53,430 nucleotides of DNA, filler included, from Sphacelaria rigidula (GCA_964200075.2; 5 parts of 5 records of this genome joined end to end with filler, not necessarily neighbours in it), one strand, 5' to 3'. Positions 1 through 13,289 are shown, numbered from the whole stretch's first letter. Translations and numbers: made by a program. The notes: generated from the sequence alone by a model not told the origin.

Positions 1-70
1 TTTGTTGTTTGCCTTAGTGTGTTGGCCATTGCCCACGCATCCCTTTCGAGACGGAGCACCGTTCCTACTC
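1..70 (-). mobile_element. 3' fragment of C-tailed LINE (subfamily A)
   Basis: Reverse complement matches the end of the LINE at 47040-47108 (GTAGGAACGGTGCTCCGTCTCGAAAGGGATGCGTGG...CTAAGGCAA.CAACAAA); G-tract at 71-90 flanks the 5' truncation point. Confidence 0.85.
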
Positions 71-949
71 GGGGGAGGAGGGGAGGGGGGCTTGACTCGG
101 TCGATTTTGATTGATGACACATTTCCAAAATAAGATCACATCTCCTTTTCGCTTAAACGAGCAGTAGCATAGCCAATGATGTGTAGGAAAACTTCCGCTC
201 CTTCCAAAACTCGTTCGTCCAGGTGTGCCTTTTCGACAACAATCCAAACGCTCGAGGTCTTGTGTGCCGAGGATACCTCCCTCTGACCCCAGTCATCGCT
301 GCCAGCCTCAACCCCGCGCTGAGACGGGATGCTACGTCATACCCCATCAATGTGGCGAGCCACGAGGTACCATTGTTCTCACCCGAAACGGCGGAAACGC
401 TGGCTACCGTGAACTTGGGGGCGAAGTTCATGTGTCGAGGTCTTGCGGAGTCAGCCGCCGAGAGACTTCCGTCAGCCGTTGAAGAACCTGGGAAAGCTCC
501 AGCTCGCAGGGTAGGCGTGCGTGTTACACATGCCCCGATGGTAAGGTTGGCGTTAGGATTGGGGTTCGGAAGAATGTCGGGTGCATTTAATTGCGCCGAG
601 CGGGAGGAATATCAGATGCTGCGATGGATGCGTCGGGGGTGTCGGCGGTCTCCGGGTCATGCTTATGATGCTTCTCGTTGGTGTTGCAACCCAAACAACT
701 GACGGGAGTATTCACTCTATGATATGACTCTTCACTCATGAGGGATGTGCATTTAAGGATTGTGTCCGGCGATCATTGAAACAGACGACCTCGACACCAC
801 GCAGCTAGAACTCGGCCGCAACGTCGGCAGCGTTCAAACTTTGCCCTGCACCATCGCTAATGTTCCATTTCATTCCAAAAATCGATTGAGTTCTGCTTGT
901 CTCCGCTTCGACTGTGGTTTGTTTTCCCTCTCTACTATCCCGACGTCAG

Positions 950-3900
950 AAGGATGCGGACGTCTTTATGGTCGCATGGACCCTGAAGGAGCTGTTCTAC
1001 TCACTGGATCCCGAAGATTCAGGCTTTGTCCACCTAGATCACTTGCTCGGCGCCCTCTCCCCGGCTGGGTGGCCAACCAGTAAACATGGTGGTCCAGGAA
1101 TAGGTTGGGCAGAGAAACTGGAATCTCGGCGGACAGGTACGAAGGACAACGAATCGTCGCGTTCTACACTGCCGGTGGAGGACATTCTCGCAGCACGGGT
1201 TGGGATAGGCAGGAGCTTGTGCCAGTGTGGCGACGGGAGGTGTGAGGGCTTCGTGCAGCAGACGCACTGCATCCTGGGCTCTATGGTGAATCCCAGTGTT
1301 TTTCGATTTCTCTGAGTCTACCCGTAGCATCGAGGGGTAAGATAAATATATTAGTTTTGAGTGCCAAGCATGCGAGCGACCTGTCACTACTTCGGTGAAT
1401 GGCCAACCCCGGGCAACAAGCCATGATACCAAAATGACCATTCGAAATTGTGTAAACGATGAAGAGAGGAAGGAGTTGTCGTGTACAAATGCAACAGAGG
1501 TATCCTCAAAAGACACTTGCCAGGCAGGAGGAACTTCGTGTCAGGACGTCCACAGTGAACTTGATGGCTATTCTATTGAGGAGAACACGACGTGCAATGG
1601 TGCAGGTTACCTGGAGGAACGAGGCTGTCTCATAGGGAACAATCGTATTCAAATACGTGTTACCCTAGCGTTGAGTTCCTATGCCCGTCGTTCGTGAACA
1701 CAGTGTACCGTACCGTCTTCAGGCATGTTCGATGATGTTCGAACTTGGGGTTAGTTACCCTCCGACAGAAATTCTATAATAGGGAAAATCATTGAAAAGT
1801 GGTCGATTTGAAGCTTTCTCAACATGAAATGGCTCCAATTACCTTTATAAATGAAGAAGTCGACGGAAGCGGATTTCCCAAAAATACAGCCGGTCTACAC
1901 GTATGGCCTATACACAATGGAATATTGATCCAAACAAATTCCATCAAGACCTGGTATACTGTATAAGGACACTTCACGAAAGGCGGGAAAGGAATGGGAT
2001 TTTTACCTACAAACAGATATCGCTTCTTTTCAAGGCTCGAAATGGATGAATCCCGATGTGGGTCGTGCAGTTTCACGTGAAGGCAGGCCGCACCGGCAAC
2101 TTGGTGCTCATGTTGTTGCCCCGACGGCCGAATCGCGTTTTATTGCGGTAGGAGCACGATCGACGGACGCGCACAAACCTTACCTTCAGATCGATGTATG
2201 CCCTCTGACATATTTGCACAGCGGATCGGGTGTCGTATTGGCAGAGCCACGTCTTCCGCTTTTTTTGTCATTACTGTAGAGTCTTGGACATCTCGCAGCG
2301 AGCTGCCGAATCCATTGCATTTTCAGCCAATAGCCGCAAGCACAGAATATTCTCAAGATGGAAACGAATTTAGCTCCACTTTTACCGAATTTAGTCCTGC
2401 TTTTAATGTTGATCATATTCAGCACAGAAACAAATGCTTGTTCCTACCTATACCATCATCCCCTGTTCTTCGAAAGTATCCAAAGTGTTCCTGGCGCGCC
2501 CACTACCGCTTGGTTGTCGAGCTCTTCAACTCCAGGTCGCTGATAATTTTTCGTCATAATCTGATGGTCGGATGTATGTCTCAAACCGAATCGTCTGGAG
2601 GTTTCAATTATTGTGGTCCCTGTATAAAGCGTCAGTGTGGTAGGTCGTAACTGTTCCCCGCTTCATATGCGTGCGGAAGATGGAGAGCTCCAGCGCCGAA
2701 TACTTACTACATTGATAACTAACTTCGCTCGTACCTCGAGGGCCGTGTTTGTGTTTTAAATCGAACCGTCGAAGAAGGCTTAGTATGACTCTAGCCCTGG
2801 ATGCGCCAAGGATATCACAGTTTTCCTCCTTGTTAGTGTGATGTATTTCGAGGTGAACCTCGACCTCGCCGAATCTTTTCCTGCTCGGGGTGGACATCCT
2901 GCCACCGTGCTTTGACGGTTGGAAACATTTAATTCAGGACGTAAAACGCAACGAACTTGTGTCGTGGGAGCTGTGGGCTGCATACATCGAGTTCTTGTGC
3001 ACCAACGTTCCTAACACCGGAGTCAAAGCAGCAACATCGAGCCTGATTCAGCGAAGAGCCGCAACACTACGATTTTCCCCGATCGTCCGGTCCTACCGGC
3101 GTCACTCGAACGCCGCCGGCGCATGCAACGGTCACAACAGTCACACCTCTAGCGGGCTCATCAGTAGTGGGCGAAATACAGTCCGCGGCTCTACTACAGT
3201 CGGCGCCCTTGGAACAACTGGCGTAGTCGATGGCGGAGGACTGACTACCTCACATGCTGCTCGTACCTTTGAAAAGCCTGTGGTGGGAGTTCCGGCAGCA
3301 TGGATGCACAGTGGTCTGACAAAACATCACTTGGATACAACGAGATCTTTCATTCACACAACAAAGAGCAACCCGCGGCAGTCGAAGGGAAATATCAATG
3401 CCCAGCAACTCCGCAGAGAGTACTTCGGCGACGGAAGGTCTGTCTCCCACGATTCCCACGGGAAGCCGAATAAAAGAAGCAGACCATCGATGCAACTTAT
3501 CTCAGGGATGAAGGGTGCCACAACGAGGACCCGCACCACTACCGGAGCTACAGGTCGAGGCACGGTGGCGCGTCGGGCAAGACAACACGACGTTGAGAGG
3601 ATACATCGTCGAAGTTCTAACCCTCTGCGTCGATCCGCATCCACCCGGGCTCACTTGCAGAGCTATTCCACACCGAACCGTAGCGAATCCCAGACTATGC
3701 GGGTCAATCTTTCGCGCCACAGCATTGCCGATAAATCTAGCGGTATTTGGCCTCCCACTGCTAGAGATCGGCCAGTCATTGCGCCAAAGCCGGCGCAACT
3801 ATCGGCGAATGTGTCGCAGACATACGCCATTAGGCCAACAAGCGCACCGTCAGCCGGTAAGCGATTCTGCGACTCGCGTGGACGTACCATTTCAAGCAAC

Positions 3901-6900
3901 ACGGCTTTCCATAGATCACGTTCCCACAAGTATTATGTATCTTGTTCCACAGAGGTCTTCGTTTGGTCCCACTGGAGCAGCTTTTATTTTCGCATTCTCG
4001 TCGCCAGGTTCCCGCAGGAACAGTAGCTATAGCTATCACCAGCAGGAATACTTCTGGATAAAAATACTGACGAAACACTATGAATACCTGGCGAGGTCAA
4101 AACTTTCAGTCAACTCCTTGATGCCATTTCTCCCGTTTTTCAGAGTGCATGGTCCGTCTGCAACAAACAATGTTTTCGTGAGATTGAGAGTAGAGGATAC
4201 GATTGAGAGTGAAAAGCGATCAATTAGTGAATGAATCGCTTCCGTTCCGAAATGCTCCTTCACGAGGCTCAATATGCTTTCTGTAGTAGCTCGCCACTGA
4301 GGCCCTTGATATCCCTGAGTAGGATATCGACGTGTAGCTGTCGGCACATGCCAGTGATAAAAACAAAGAAGGGCACACACGGAATGGAAAATTGGCTGTG
4401 CTGAAGCGAATGATCAAAGCCACTCTGAATCAGCGCTCTACTCTCAATCTCACGGAAACGTTGCTAACAGTGTTTAGTGCTGGCTCCTTGAATCAAGCAA
4501 TCGTCTCATATCATGCATGTACGTCGGAGATGCAGGGACTACAGATATGATGGAGACGACAGGGAATGTACGGACTACGAGTACGTGCGCTCGGGAGCTG
4601 CATGGTAGTGCTGGCTTCTCGACGGGGTACCGGAAATCTCGATGGGAACCGGGGATAAATAGGGGTGTCGGAAGTGGAGGTGGTGCACGTGAAGATGCCG
4701 CTGATATTGAAGATGGCCTCAGCGAACGACTGATGGAGGGCCTTCACAACGAGGTAGCAACAGCTCTACAACAGTACAACACACAACCCAAATCGTCGAG
4801 ACATTAGCATGCAATCAGAACCGCTACTTGATACTTCATGCGAGGATACCCTATTTGTGAGGATACCCTATTTGTGAGGATACCCTATTTGTGAGTTTCA
4901 AAGGTAACCGGTCTTGAGCTAAAGAAGACGACGTCGATGACAGGAAGAGTAATGCTACAAGTTGACAAAGGGCGGAAGAAGGACCTCTGTACTGAGGCGA
5001 GACGTACCGGGGTAGGCATACCTACAGTAATGTGTGATGGCGGTGATAAAGCCTGTGGTGCTAGAGGGAAAATGAAGGCGCAACACAACGTGAGTGGTAG
5101 GCGGTCATATCTTGACAGGATATTCGAGGAAATGCGGGCTCAGCGATCTCCAATCACCAGGTGATACGCTCGAAATCGGGCGCAGTAAAAGTTGGGGGAG
5201 GGTGTGGCGTGATGCAGGTGTATTTTCGCGACTATCTCCGGACACCTGAAAAAGTGCGGTGGGCTACTGCGCTCACTCAATATTTGTGCCTTTGCCAACT
5301 TTCACGAAATCTGACGCGCCTGTTCGACACTCAATAGTCGGTTCTATCACGACCAGATGCAAGGCGCGATAGGCGGCATCCAGCCAGCGCTGCCTCGGAT
5401 CTGCTCAGTTTGACACCAACGTGCCTTCGCATACCAACCGCAACGAAATCGCTCATCCGAGTGCATTGATCATCCCACCAGGACACGCAGATGTCGCGTC
5501 TTGGTCTCGAGTTACGCGAAAGAGGTATAATGTACACATACTGTTCACATAATGTACAGACACTGTACACATGTGCTAGGCGTGCCAACCTTCGGGTTTG
5601 CGTCAACTTTCACGATTGCTGTAAAACTGCAACACAAGAATTTCTCGCGTCGGCAGACAGATTCGAGGGTTTGCAGTGTCTTTTCGTGTTCGTACCTCAA
5701 AGGTATACTGGGATAACTACGGTGCTTCAAGTGCCGGCACTATCAAAACGCTTTACCCATTCGTGGGCTCATACCGCATGCGTGATTTTGACCAGGTAGC
5801 GGTGCTTCCTCAATGTCGTCAGACCCTGTATGTTGACCGTGGGCTGGAGCGTCGGGTTGTTGGTATGGATCTCCAGGCGCGCGATATGAAGTCGACATTA
5901 GCTGAGATGGAACTGAGCCGCAGAGAGGCTGAAGCGGCCAAAAGAAAGGCGAAGAAGTACAAGAGCTTCATGCGAGAAACCCAGGCAACATTCTCCCCCA
6001 GTAGTGATACATACGTCGAGAATATGTACCGTACCATTAACGAAATACAGATATGTGCACAACGCAAAAATCTGGGAACAACACCACCCCTCTTAGAAAC
6101 ACGAATCCTATTTTTCCGATGTTACTTTGGGGCACTGGTCGCCTCGAAAGCGTGGGCTATCTGATGCGTGATGTAGGAAACTTGGGGATTACAAAGCAAC
6201 ACATACCGATCCCATTTCGTTTGGGTGAGCTACAACTTTTGGAACTGAAAGTACTAGATTCTCACAGGCATCGAAAACAACTAAAGGGCACGCACTCACA
6301 AACTCAAACGGGAGTTGCCATTGATTGCGGTTGGCAGGTATCACAACTAACGTAGGGTTTTGGCCTTGAAAGTGGACAAGGACGACAGGAACTTATTACG
6401 CATGCTGACGGAGAGAGCAAGCGATCGTGCTACTGTACACGAGGAGGAATTCGTTTGATCTCTTCCTAGAAATTAGTATGTGCTCCGCGAATTTTACGCA
6501 TCGCAAACAAGATAGTCTATTTGTGTTCGTATATGCCCTATACGCACGCGCGCATACTGCTGCTATCGAGCTCTTATACTCGCGAAACACCAATGTCGTG
6601 ACCATGACACAGTGAGCGTCGCCGCTCTTTTGCTGTAACCGTTGGGCTCGTCTAGTCCAAATAATTTTGTAATGTAGATTTTTTCCACGTTCAATATCAG
6701 CAGTTGGCCTTGGACATCGAGAAAAAGAGAAGGCTCGCCGTCGAGGCTAGAAGCTTAGCGTCAGAGGCACGCCTTCTTTCCAGGGCTCGACGACGAGCTC
6801 GAGATGCTGCTATCGCTAGGTAATTGCCGAGAATACTGGAGCTGACGGTTTTACGTTTCCAACACCGGTATTGACCATACTGGACAAAACTCTGATCAAG

Positions 6901-9063
6901 TAGTGCTTTGTGGAACGTTTCAAGCAACGATGAGGGGACCGATGACGCGTGCTAGTCCGCACCGTCCTCTACCGATATCTTTTTCCCTAGGCAACCTTTT
7001 CTGCTGTAGTAAAGACATAATTCAGTCAGTGTTTGCGTGATGTTTGAACGGGGCCGTTACGTTTCCTACAAGCACCATTTACCCAGTTGTGAGCGGCGCT
7101 CGAGTCGCTCATTTTATACATGTATGAATGTCTCGTTGCCCATGTGTGAGGTAATGATCTTGCTGAACATGCTCCCAAATAATGGAACCGGTGATGGTGA
7201 TGGTTTTTGCAGGAGCCGATCGATCGCTCGTAGCATCGACACAGGTAGGCGGGAGCAACGGGCAGCAGAAAAGGTAGTTGCACTCCAGATCGAAGGTCAA
7301 GCCAGTATTATTCTACAGGGAGTGGCCAGGGGGTGGCTTCAAAGATGCCGGTACAGGGTGAGAGCTCATGTAATATAACATGGTGTAGGGGATATATGTA
7401 TGTGTGTGTTGGAGGAATGTCGGGTAGGGAACGAGTTCACGTGATGAGATGCTTCGAAGTATAGTTCAGGTGATATTTGCTATGATGCGGACACACCCAA
7501 GGAGAAGACCCGCTGGATGACAGCTGGTGTACAGTTCGATCCTTGCCTCAGTGAGAATGTCCCGGGGACACCTTCAAGTTCGACACTCTGACGCAACCTC
7601 GCTGTCCACCCTAGGGAATAAGTTATATATATATATATATATATATGGTCAAAGCTATAGAAATATATTCGAATACACGGCTCGCAATTCGTTGATGTGG
7701 AATCACGCTTACCATTAAAGTACTCGCTGCAATGGCTTCGCACAGGCACACTCCGCACTCAGTAGTAGGTCGGTACCTTGAGCCAGAACGAATATTGACT
7801 GAACTGACGCGTGCACTCCAGCACTGCATGCGCATCTCTGCCCATTTGCAGACCGAGCGCCCGTAAGTCAAGAAATAAGACGGCAGAAGTCAATAAGCCA
7901 AACAAAACCACGAAAAAATGCAAAATGTGTACACTGGAACACGAAGTGAAGGCCGAAAAGATAGCTCTAGGCGTGCACGAGAGAATAAACAGCTGCCCGT
8001 GTGGAACGCCGTGCAGGCAGAGATAGAGGCGACCAAGAGGCTGCAACGTGGCTGCAGGTTAATGCTACACTCGCGGATGCGTCGACGATGGCTAGCCCTT
8101 CGGTCGTCCAGTGCCCTCTGCCTACAGCGGCTTTGGCGTGGCAGGTGCGCTGAGCACTAGCTCACAATCTACCTGTGAATTTAGAACTGTTCTCTGCGGC
8201 AAAACGTTTTCTTTTGGTATTCAAGATTCTCACCTTCAGATCGGTCGTGGCGTTCCGAGGTGAGTGATCCTATACGATGGAGGGACGGGTTCTTGATGGC
8301 ACAAAACCACGGGGGTTCAAGGGTGCGGTGCCCGACCTCATACGCGCGCCATGAGCCTACATTGGGCGGAACCTTTGTTGAGGGATGCGGGTATATACAT
8401 TTTATTGAAATCACGAGTATCCAAACGATGTGCTGCTGGCAGCGAAGCCTCAAGTTGGCTCTGAGCATGCTTCGCGCCAGAAGTGACAATACAATAACTT
8501 CGTCCCCCGCCGCCCTAATCGCACGGTCACCCGGGTAATCACCGGAACAGCGACAAAAAGTGGAGGAAAAAAGAAGCTCTAGAATAAACACACAAAGTGC
8601 GAAAAAAGGGAATGATGTTGAAACATCGCCATCAGCATCATCGAAAATGAAGTGAACATCGCATGCGATTTCTTTTTCAAGCATCTGCGTCGTCACGCGC
8701 GAAGTGCAAGATGAGACGAGCAGCCGATGTCTCCCAGCAGCGGAGAACTTTACGTACGTACTGTAGCGTGATCCGACGCGAAGATCGGTACTACGCCGAT
8801 ACCGTTAGGCATCGGAGCTCCCGAAAACCATCAAGGATTTTCAGGTGTATGTCGGACAGTGGTTTGTCATGTTTCACATTAAACGTACCGCAGGTATTCA
8901 GTGGCAAGCGTATCCTGAAGAGTTTGCTTCACAGATTAGGCATCACATGGCGAGCGGCGCGACAGAAGCTCGAGGCTACGAACCCGCCAAAGCTCAGAGA
9001 GCGCACGAGGAACGATGCTCTATCGTGCACACTAGTCCATGGAGGGGTAAAACGAGGTTATGA
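950..9063 (+). CDS. Multi-exon gene (span, 5' end and middle exons uncertain): EF-hand-like, coiled-coil and IQ calmodulin-binding motif protein
   Basis: Exon from 950 (ag|KDADVFMVAWTLKELFYSLDPEDSGFVHLDHL, EF-hand-like loop); long exon from ~2938 (DVKRNELVSWELW, then a disordered S/R/T-rich region); coiled-coil exon ~5823-5984; 3' exons 6701-6819, 7213-7357, 8017-8144, 8240-8259 and 8894-9063 have canonical AG/GT ends and compatible phases. Confidence 0.65.
4164..4465. mobile_element. ~300-bp MITE, copy 1
   Basis: ~30-bp TIR (GTTTTCGTGAGATTGAGAGTAGAG / CTCTACTCTCAATCTCACGGAAAC); homologous inverted copy at 18997-19298. Confidence 0.85.
4842..4895. repeat. Perfect 17-bp tandem repeat x3 (GAGGATACCCTATTTGT)
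   Basis: Three identical units read directly. Confidence 0.95.
7213..7357 (+). CDS. Exon with IQ motif (ASIILQGVARGWLQR)
   Basis: ttttgcag|...|gtgaga; matches the [IL]QxxxRGxxxR consensus; phase 2->0 fits neighbouring exons. Confidence 0.8.
7624..7646. repeat. (TA)n microsatellite
   Basis: Read directly. Confidence 0.95.
8017..8144 (+). CDS. Exon with two IQ-like motifs (ATKRLQRGCR; ALCLQRLWRG)
   Basis: gtgcag|...|gtgcgc; phase 0->2. Confidence 0.7.
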
Positions 9064-10365
9064 TTTCAAAAAGCTTTACCAGTACGGCGGGCCCGGATGC
9101 TCACCACTGCGGCAGCAGCATTGAGCCAGCCCGGTCGGATACAGAGGTAGTTGGAGGTCGAACTAAGGACAACGTTTGAGCAATATCAGGTTCTCGATAA
9201 AACACATGAAAGTGGTGAGTGATGATACATCCCACCGAGATGTCACAATGATCCGGACTCGTACTTAACTTCCTGAGTCCCATGCGGATAACCACTACAT
9301 CGATGGAACTGTAGTGCCACCTCAACATGTCAAGTGCTTTCATTTCGTCGTTTTTCTCGGGGCCGCAACAAAGAAAAAATCCGTGATAAACCCTCCAGTG
9401 TGGGGGACATTTGCCAACAAAACCCCCCAAACCCAGTGAGAAAAGTACCTAGAACGCCGTCCCTCCGGATGCGGTTCTCGGGTGTTTTTTTTTTTGTCTT
9501 ACACGTCAAGGGTTTCACTCGAAGGTTTGACTCTTGGTCCAATGGACAGGTACATTGCAACACTTTGATGAAAGAGATGTAGACGGTATAACATGAACGA
9601 ATGTGGAGTTGTTCTGTGCCGCTGTTCAAAGGCCGTGTGCTCACAGGAAACAGGTGAAAGTCCACCAACAGAACCCGACTTGTTTCCTCTACCGACAGTA
9701 TAGTCGCACGGCCTGTATTGTGCCTCCTAAAAAATACCAGCTTCGTCACGAATTTGGGTTTCAACCAAGGGTCTGTCAAAAATATATTTCGGAACACGTA
9801 GCCCCCAAGATGAAAAAAATCGAGTTTTTGAAGGAAGGGAGGGGGAGGGTAGGGGGGGGGCACCCAACCCGCTGTCCCCTAGTTTATTGCCGAGGCGTTG
9901 ACGGGTGCAGTCAGCTGCCGTGTACAGAGATCCTGCCTGGCATGGAGACCGCTGAGATGGCGGACACACCACCCCTTTAAGCTCATCACCCACCATGAAA
10001 ACATGCAGGGGGTCACGTTCCGTGTCGTGTGCCTCGACTACCTACCACTAGTGGTCTGGGCAAATTTGGCGAGGCATGAGATAACGTTGCTACTTTGGCT
10101 ACAGGCTGTCGCTACCGTGCGCTCGTGTATTGTACATATATGCGTGTGAGGGTTGCCGGCATCCGAGTCATCAAGACAGGGCGGGCAAGAAGCAGAAGCA
10201 AATCTCGCAGAGCTCGCCAGAATTTTCTGGTTTTGTCAGTGTTTGTTGATCATTTTTTTTTTAAACCTTCAACAAAAAAGTAATAATACAAAATAATCAC
10301 AAAACAAATGTCGAAAATCATGACAATTTTCGAAAAATTGCCCTCCGGGAGGGGGGGAAGGGGGG

Positions 10366-10607
10366 GTACTCATTTGTTGCTTGCCTAAATCGTTTGACCA
10401 TTGACCAAGCATCCCTTTGGAGACAGAGCACCTTTCCTACTCCTAAAAGAGACACCTCCAACATTCTGGCACTCGTTACGTTCCTTCCATAGCTCATTAC
10501 GTTTCTTTCGTACATTACACAAAAACCTTACTAATATCGTGTCCCCGTCCTGTTTCGCCGTCTCTGGCCACCATCTACCTCCTAGTATAGCCATCGTTTT
10601 CTCCCTA
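10366..10607 (-). mobile_element. 3' end of C-tailed LINE (subfamily A), cut by the contig end
   Basis: Encodes ILGGRWWPETAKQDGD...RFLCNV, homologous to 46900-47114; GTAC end adjoins the G-tract at 10347-10366. Confidence 0.9.
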
Positions 10608-10707
10608 NNNNNNNNNNNNNNNNNNNNNNNNNNNNNNNNNNNNNNNNNNNNTTAATTAATTAANNNNNNNNNNNNNNNNNNNNNNNNNNNNNNNNNNNNN
10701 NNNNNNN
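10608..10707. other. Artificial contig linker (N44-TTAATTAATTAA-N44)
   Basis: Exactly 100 bp with a six-frame stop 12-mer; identical structure recurs every ~10.7 kb. Confidence 0.98.

Positions 10708-10758
<51 letters not shown>
10708..10758. repeat. (AG)n microsatellite at the contig start
   Basis: Read directly. Confidence 0.97.
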
Positions 10759-10763
<5 letters not shown>

Positions 10764-11162
10764 GGGGGGGGGTAACAAACCTTCAGTACTCTACACATGA
10801 AAAGTGAGCACACCCAGAGACAACAACTTTCTGGAAGTTGATCGATCGCACAGAGCACACATGGTACCGGGCAGCACAGCACAGCGATTTCACAGACAGT
10901 ACAGAACAGTCTCGGCGTAATTGTGTGGAGGTAGAACGAAACAACACTTTCGAGCAGGAACCGCTCTTGTCAAGTTCGGTTTTTGTACCGTTGAAGTGGA
11001 ACCCTTGTGCCAACAAGCACATTCGGGTCCGGGATAGTGAGATTTTCGTCAGCCTCAAACGAGAAATAAAAAATAAAAAAATGGCATTAACGGCTGTGTT
11101 TGTGTGGAAACACTCCACACCTTGGACAATATCTGGTCGAATAGATGCAATAGACAAGACAC

Positions 11163-11240
11163 GTACTGCATAAAGTATAGGCCTATTGTGACTATTGTCG
11201 GCCGGCAATAGTTGCAATAGGCCTGCACGTAATCCAGTAC
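11163..11240. repeat. Imperfect palindrome with a near-perfect 46-bp core (11179-11224)
   Basis: AGGCCTATTGTGACTATTGTCGG/CCGGCAATAGTTGCAATAGGCCT, with 3 transition mismatches in 23 bp. Confidence 0.85.
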
Positions 11241-11312
11241 ACTTCTCGTCTATTGCAATTATTGACCATATATTGTCATCATCCAGGGTGTGAAATACTC
11301 CCGTGTACTCAC

Positions 11313-11460
11313 CTTGATGAAAATGGATGCGGTGTGTTCCATACCCTTCTCCACCGTGGAGTAGCGCAGCTTCTCCACGGCCAGTAGGATGCCCTCACGG
11401 CAGTCGATCTCCCCGAACATGAACACCACAGCCGATCCGTTTGGAATCTTCTCCAATTCC
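11313..11460 (-). CDS. SGNH/GDSL-like protein, exon C (RELEKIPNGSAVVFMFGEIDCREGILLAVEKLRYSTVEKGMEHTASIFIK)
   Basis: tcaag|...|gtgagt; 148 nt, phase 2->0, in frame with exon B. Confidence 0.88.
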
Positions 11461-11660
11461 CTTGACGAATCAAGGACACACGCACACACAAACAATACAC
11501 CACAAGGACAAAACAAGAAAGATGGGAAATATGGACAACCGGGGAAAAAAAAAGCCAACAAATATTTCCGTCATTTTTTCTCCAATTCCCTTGACGAATC
11601 AAGGACACACGCACACACAAAACAACAACGATATGAAATATGGACAAACCGGGAAAACAA
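11450..11660. repeat. Local direct duplication of the exon C splice acceptor region
   Basis: CTCCAATTCCCTTGACGAATCAAGGACACACGCACACACAAA occurs identically at ~11451 and ~11580. Confidence 0.92.
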
Positions 11661-12220
11661 ACAAACATTCCCCATTATTTGAGTTTATGCTTGCTATATA
11701 CAGTACTTCCAATTTCCGCTTCTTCCTCGGGACGAGAACACAGCCTCCATGGATTATCCCATCTCGGCCTCGGTATGCACCCGCCTTGCGATTCGTTTTC
11801 GAGAATTGGATCATGACATGTGGTACTCCTGCAGAACGCCGACCTTCGCCGTAGTTTTTCGTGAGTCGCGTCTTCACGCTTTCCGCGACGCAAATCAGCA
11901 GGGCCAAATTTTGATGTCTCTCAATCCGCCGCCGCGCCCGGGTGGTCTTTGGATACAACATACACCATATTAGGTCGTAATAATGTGGGTTCAATTCCCC
12001 CCGCATACGTTTAGACCGGAGGTTTTCTGCATTTTTTTCTGAATTCCCGTCGTTGTTGAAAGCGTGGGGATCTGAGTGGCAAAAATGAGGGCGCAAAGTC
12101 TGCTGTGCCGTTCTGTTCGATCCCTCTTTCTTTTTTTCTTCTTTTCCTGTTCCTATTGTTTTCTGTTCCTTTTTGTTTTTTTCCTTAGAGCGTGTTTGAA
12201 TCCCGTTTTCTAGAGTACGT

Positions 12221-12292
12221 CTATCATTAGACCACGGCTGGATCCCTGATGGGTCAGTTAAAGTGCGACAATCAATCATCAACCAATCAACG
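12221..12292 (+). mobile_element. 3' end of a retroelement with (CAAT)n tail; related ends at ~30895-30985 (-), ~50830-50897 (-), ~30073-30097 (-)
   Basis: Shared motif CCACGGCTGG...GGGTCAGTTAAAGTGCGACAATCAATC in several contigs. Confidence 0.7.
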
Positions 12293-13289
12293 CCCATACC
12301 TGGGGGTAGATTTTTGTAGTGATATGTGAAATTCAACCAATCAGAGGCCCTTCAGTGAGGAGTCGGCGGAATCTAGCGCCAATGGAGTGCGACCTTCGAA
12401 GTGAATTGTGTAGTGAAAAATGCTCGTGATTGGATCGCACACTCGAGTCATACCCTCAGTGTACATACTACAGTACACGAGTGAACAGTGGCGCCGGGAC
12501 GGATAGAACAGTAGCAGGGAAACGAAGCTGCGAGTAGACAAGCAGACAGGGAGTGGTACATTGCCGCCGCAGAGGGTCGTTGCGATGCTCGTGTATCGGT
12601 ATATCCCCATCCTGGTATGGCTGGTTGTGTCTTTCCTTGGCCGCGAGAGCTGGCGTTGACGGCATTGGCAGCGGTCGCCATGCTGATGGGTGCGAGCAGT
12701 ACCCTGGCGGTGCAGTATACGAGCACTACGCCGTGGGTTGCTCCTTTCATTCAAGCACGGGGTCTGGCCCAGTCGGTCGAGCTGTCTTTACCGGCGCTGG
12801 TTGTGTGTCTTTACCCAGCCATGTTCGGTATCGCGCAAGTGATGGGTCCGGGTAACATGAAGTTTTCAACAGTCAAGTGTGTAGAAAGCACTGCGTCTAG
12901 ACTGATACTATATTTTACAGAGAGACGAACACAAGGATACAGCAGCTCAGGCAATCTCAGCGGAGACCAAAACCGCATTCGCAAGGTCTAAACACACCAC
13001 AGAACAGAGATAGCTGCAGCACATGAGAGCGAACGTGGGTGTGCTTGTACTACAGTACAGTGAAAACAGGACATGCCCCCATGCTTTAGTTCTTCGCCTG
13101 ATTTTAAAACGGGTCCTTAGTGTGTGCCGATCTTGAACGCTCGGCCATAATCGCGTTTCGCGCAAATAACTTAATTCACTACTAAACCATTCCCGTGTAC
13201 GGGTCCTGTGCCAAAATGAGTTTGTTTGACGACAGTCGACGCGGCGCGGGATTGCTGAGCCAACTTGAGATACCAACACGCACGGCGAG

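Noticed and set aside
4842-4895. 17-bp x3 repeat as a possible CRISPR array or iteron set
   Set aside because: No spacers; a simple tandem duplication in a eukaryotic gene region.
10652-10663. TTAATTAATTAA recurring with ~10.7-kb periodicity
   Set aside because: Synthetic spacer between N blocks, not biological.
12617-12991. Hydrophobic + strand ORF inside the SGNH-gene intron
   Set aside because: No recognisable family or linked exons; cannot be supported as a nested gene.
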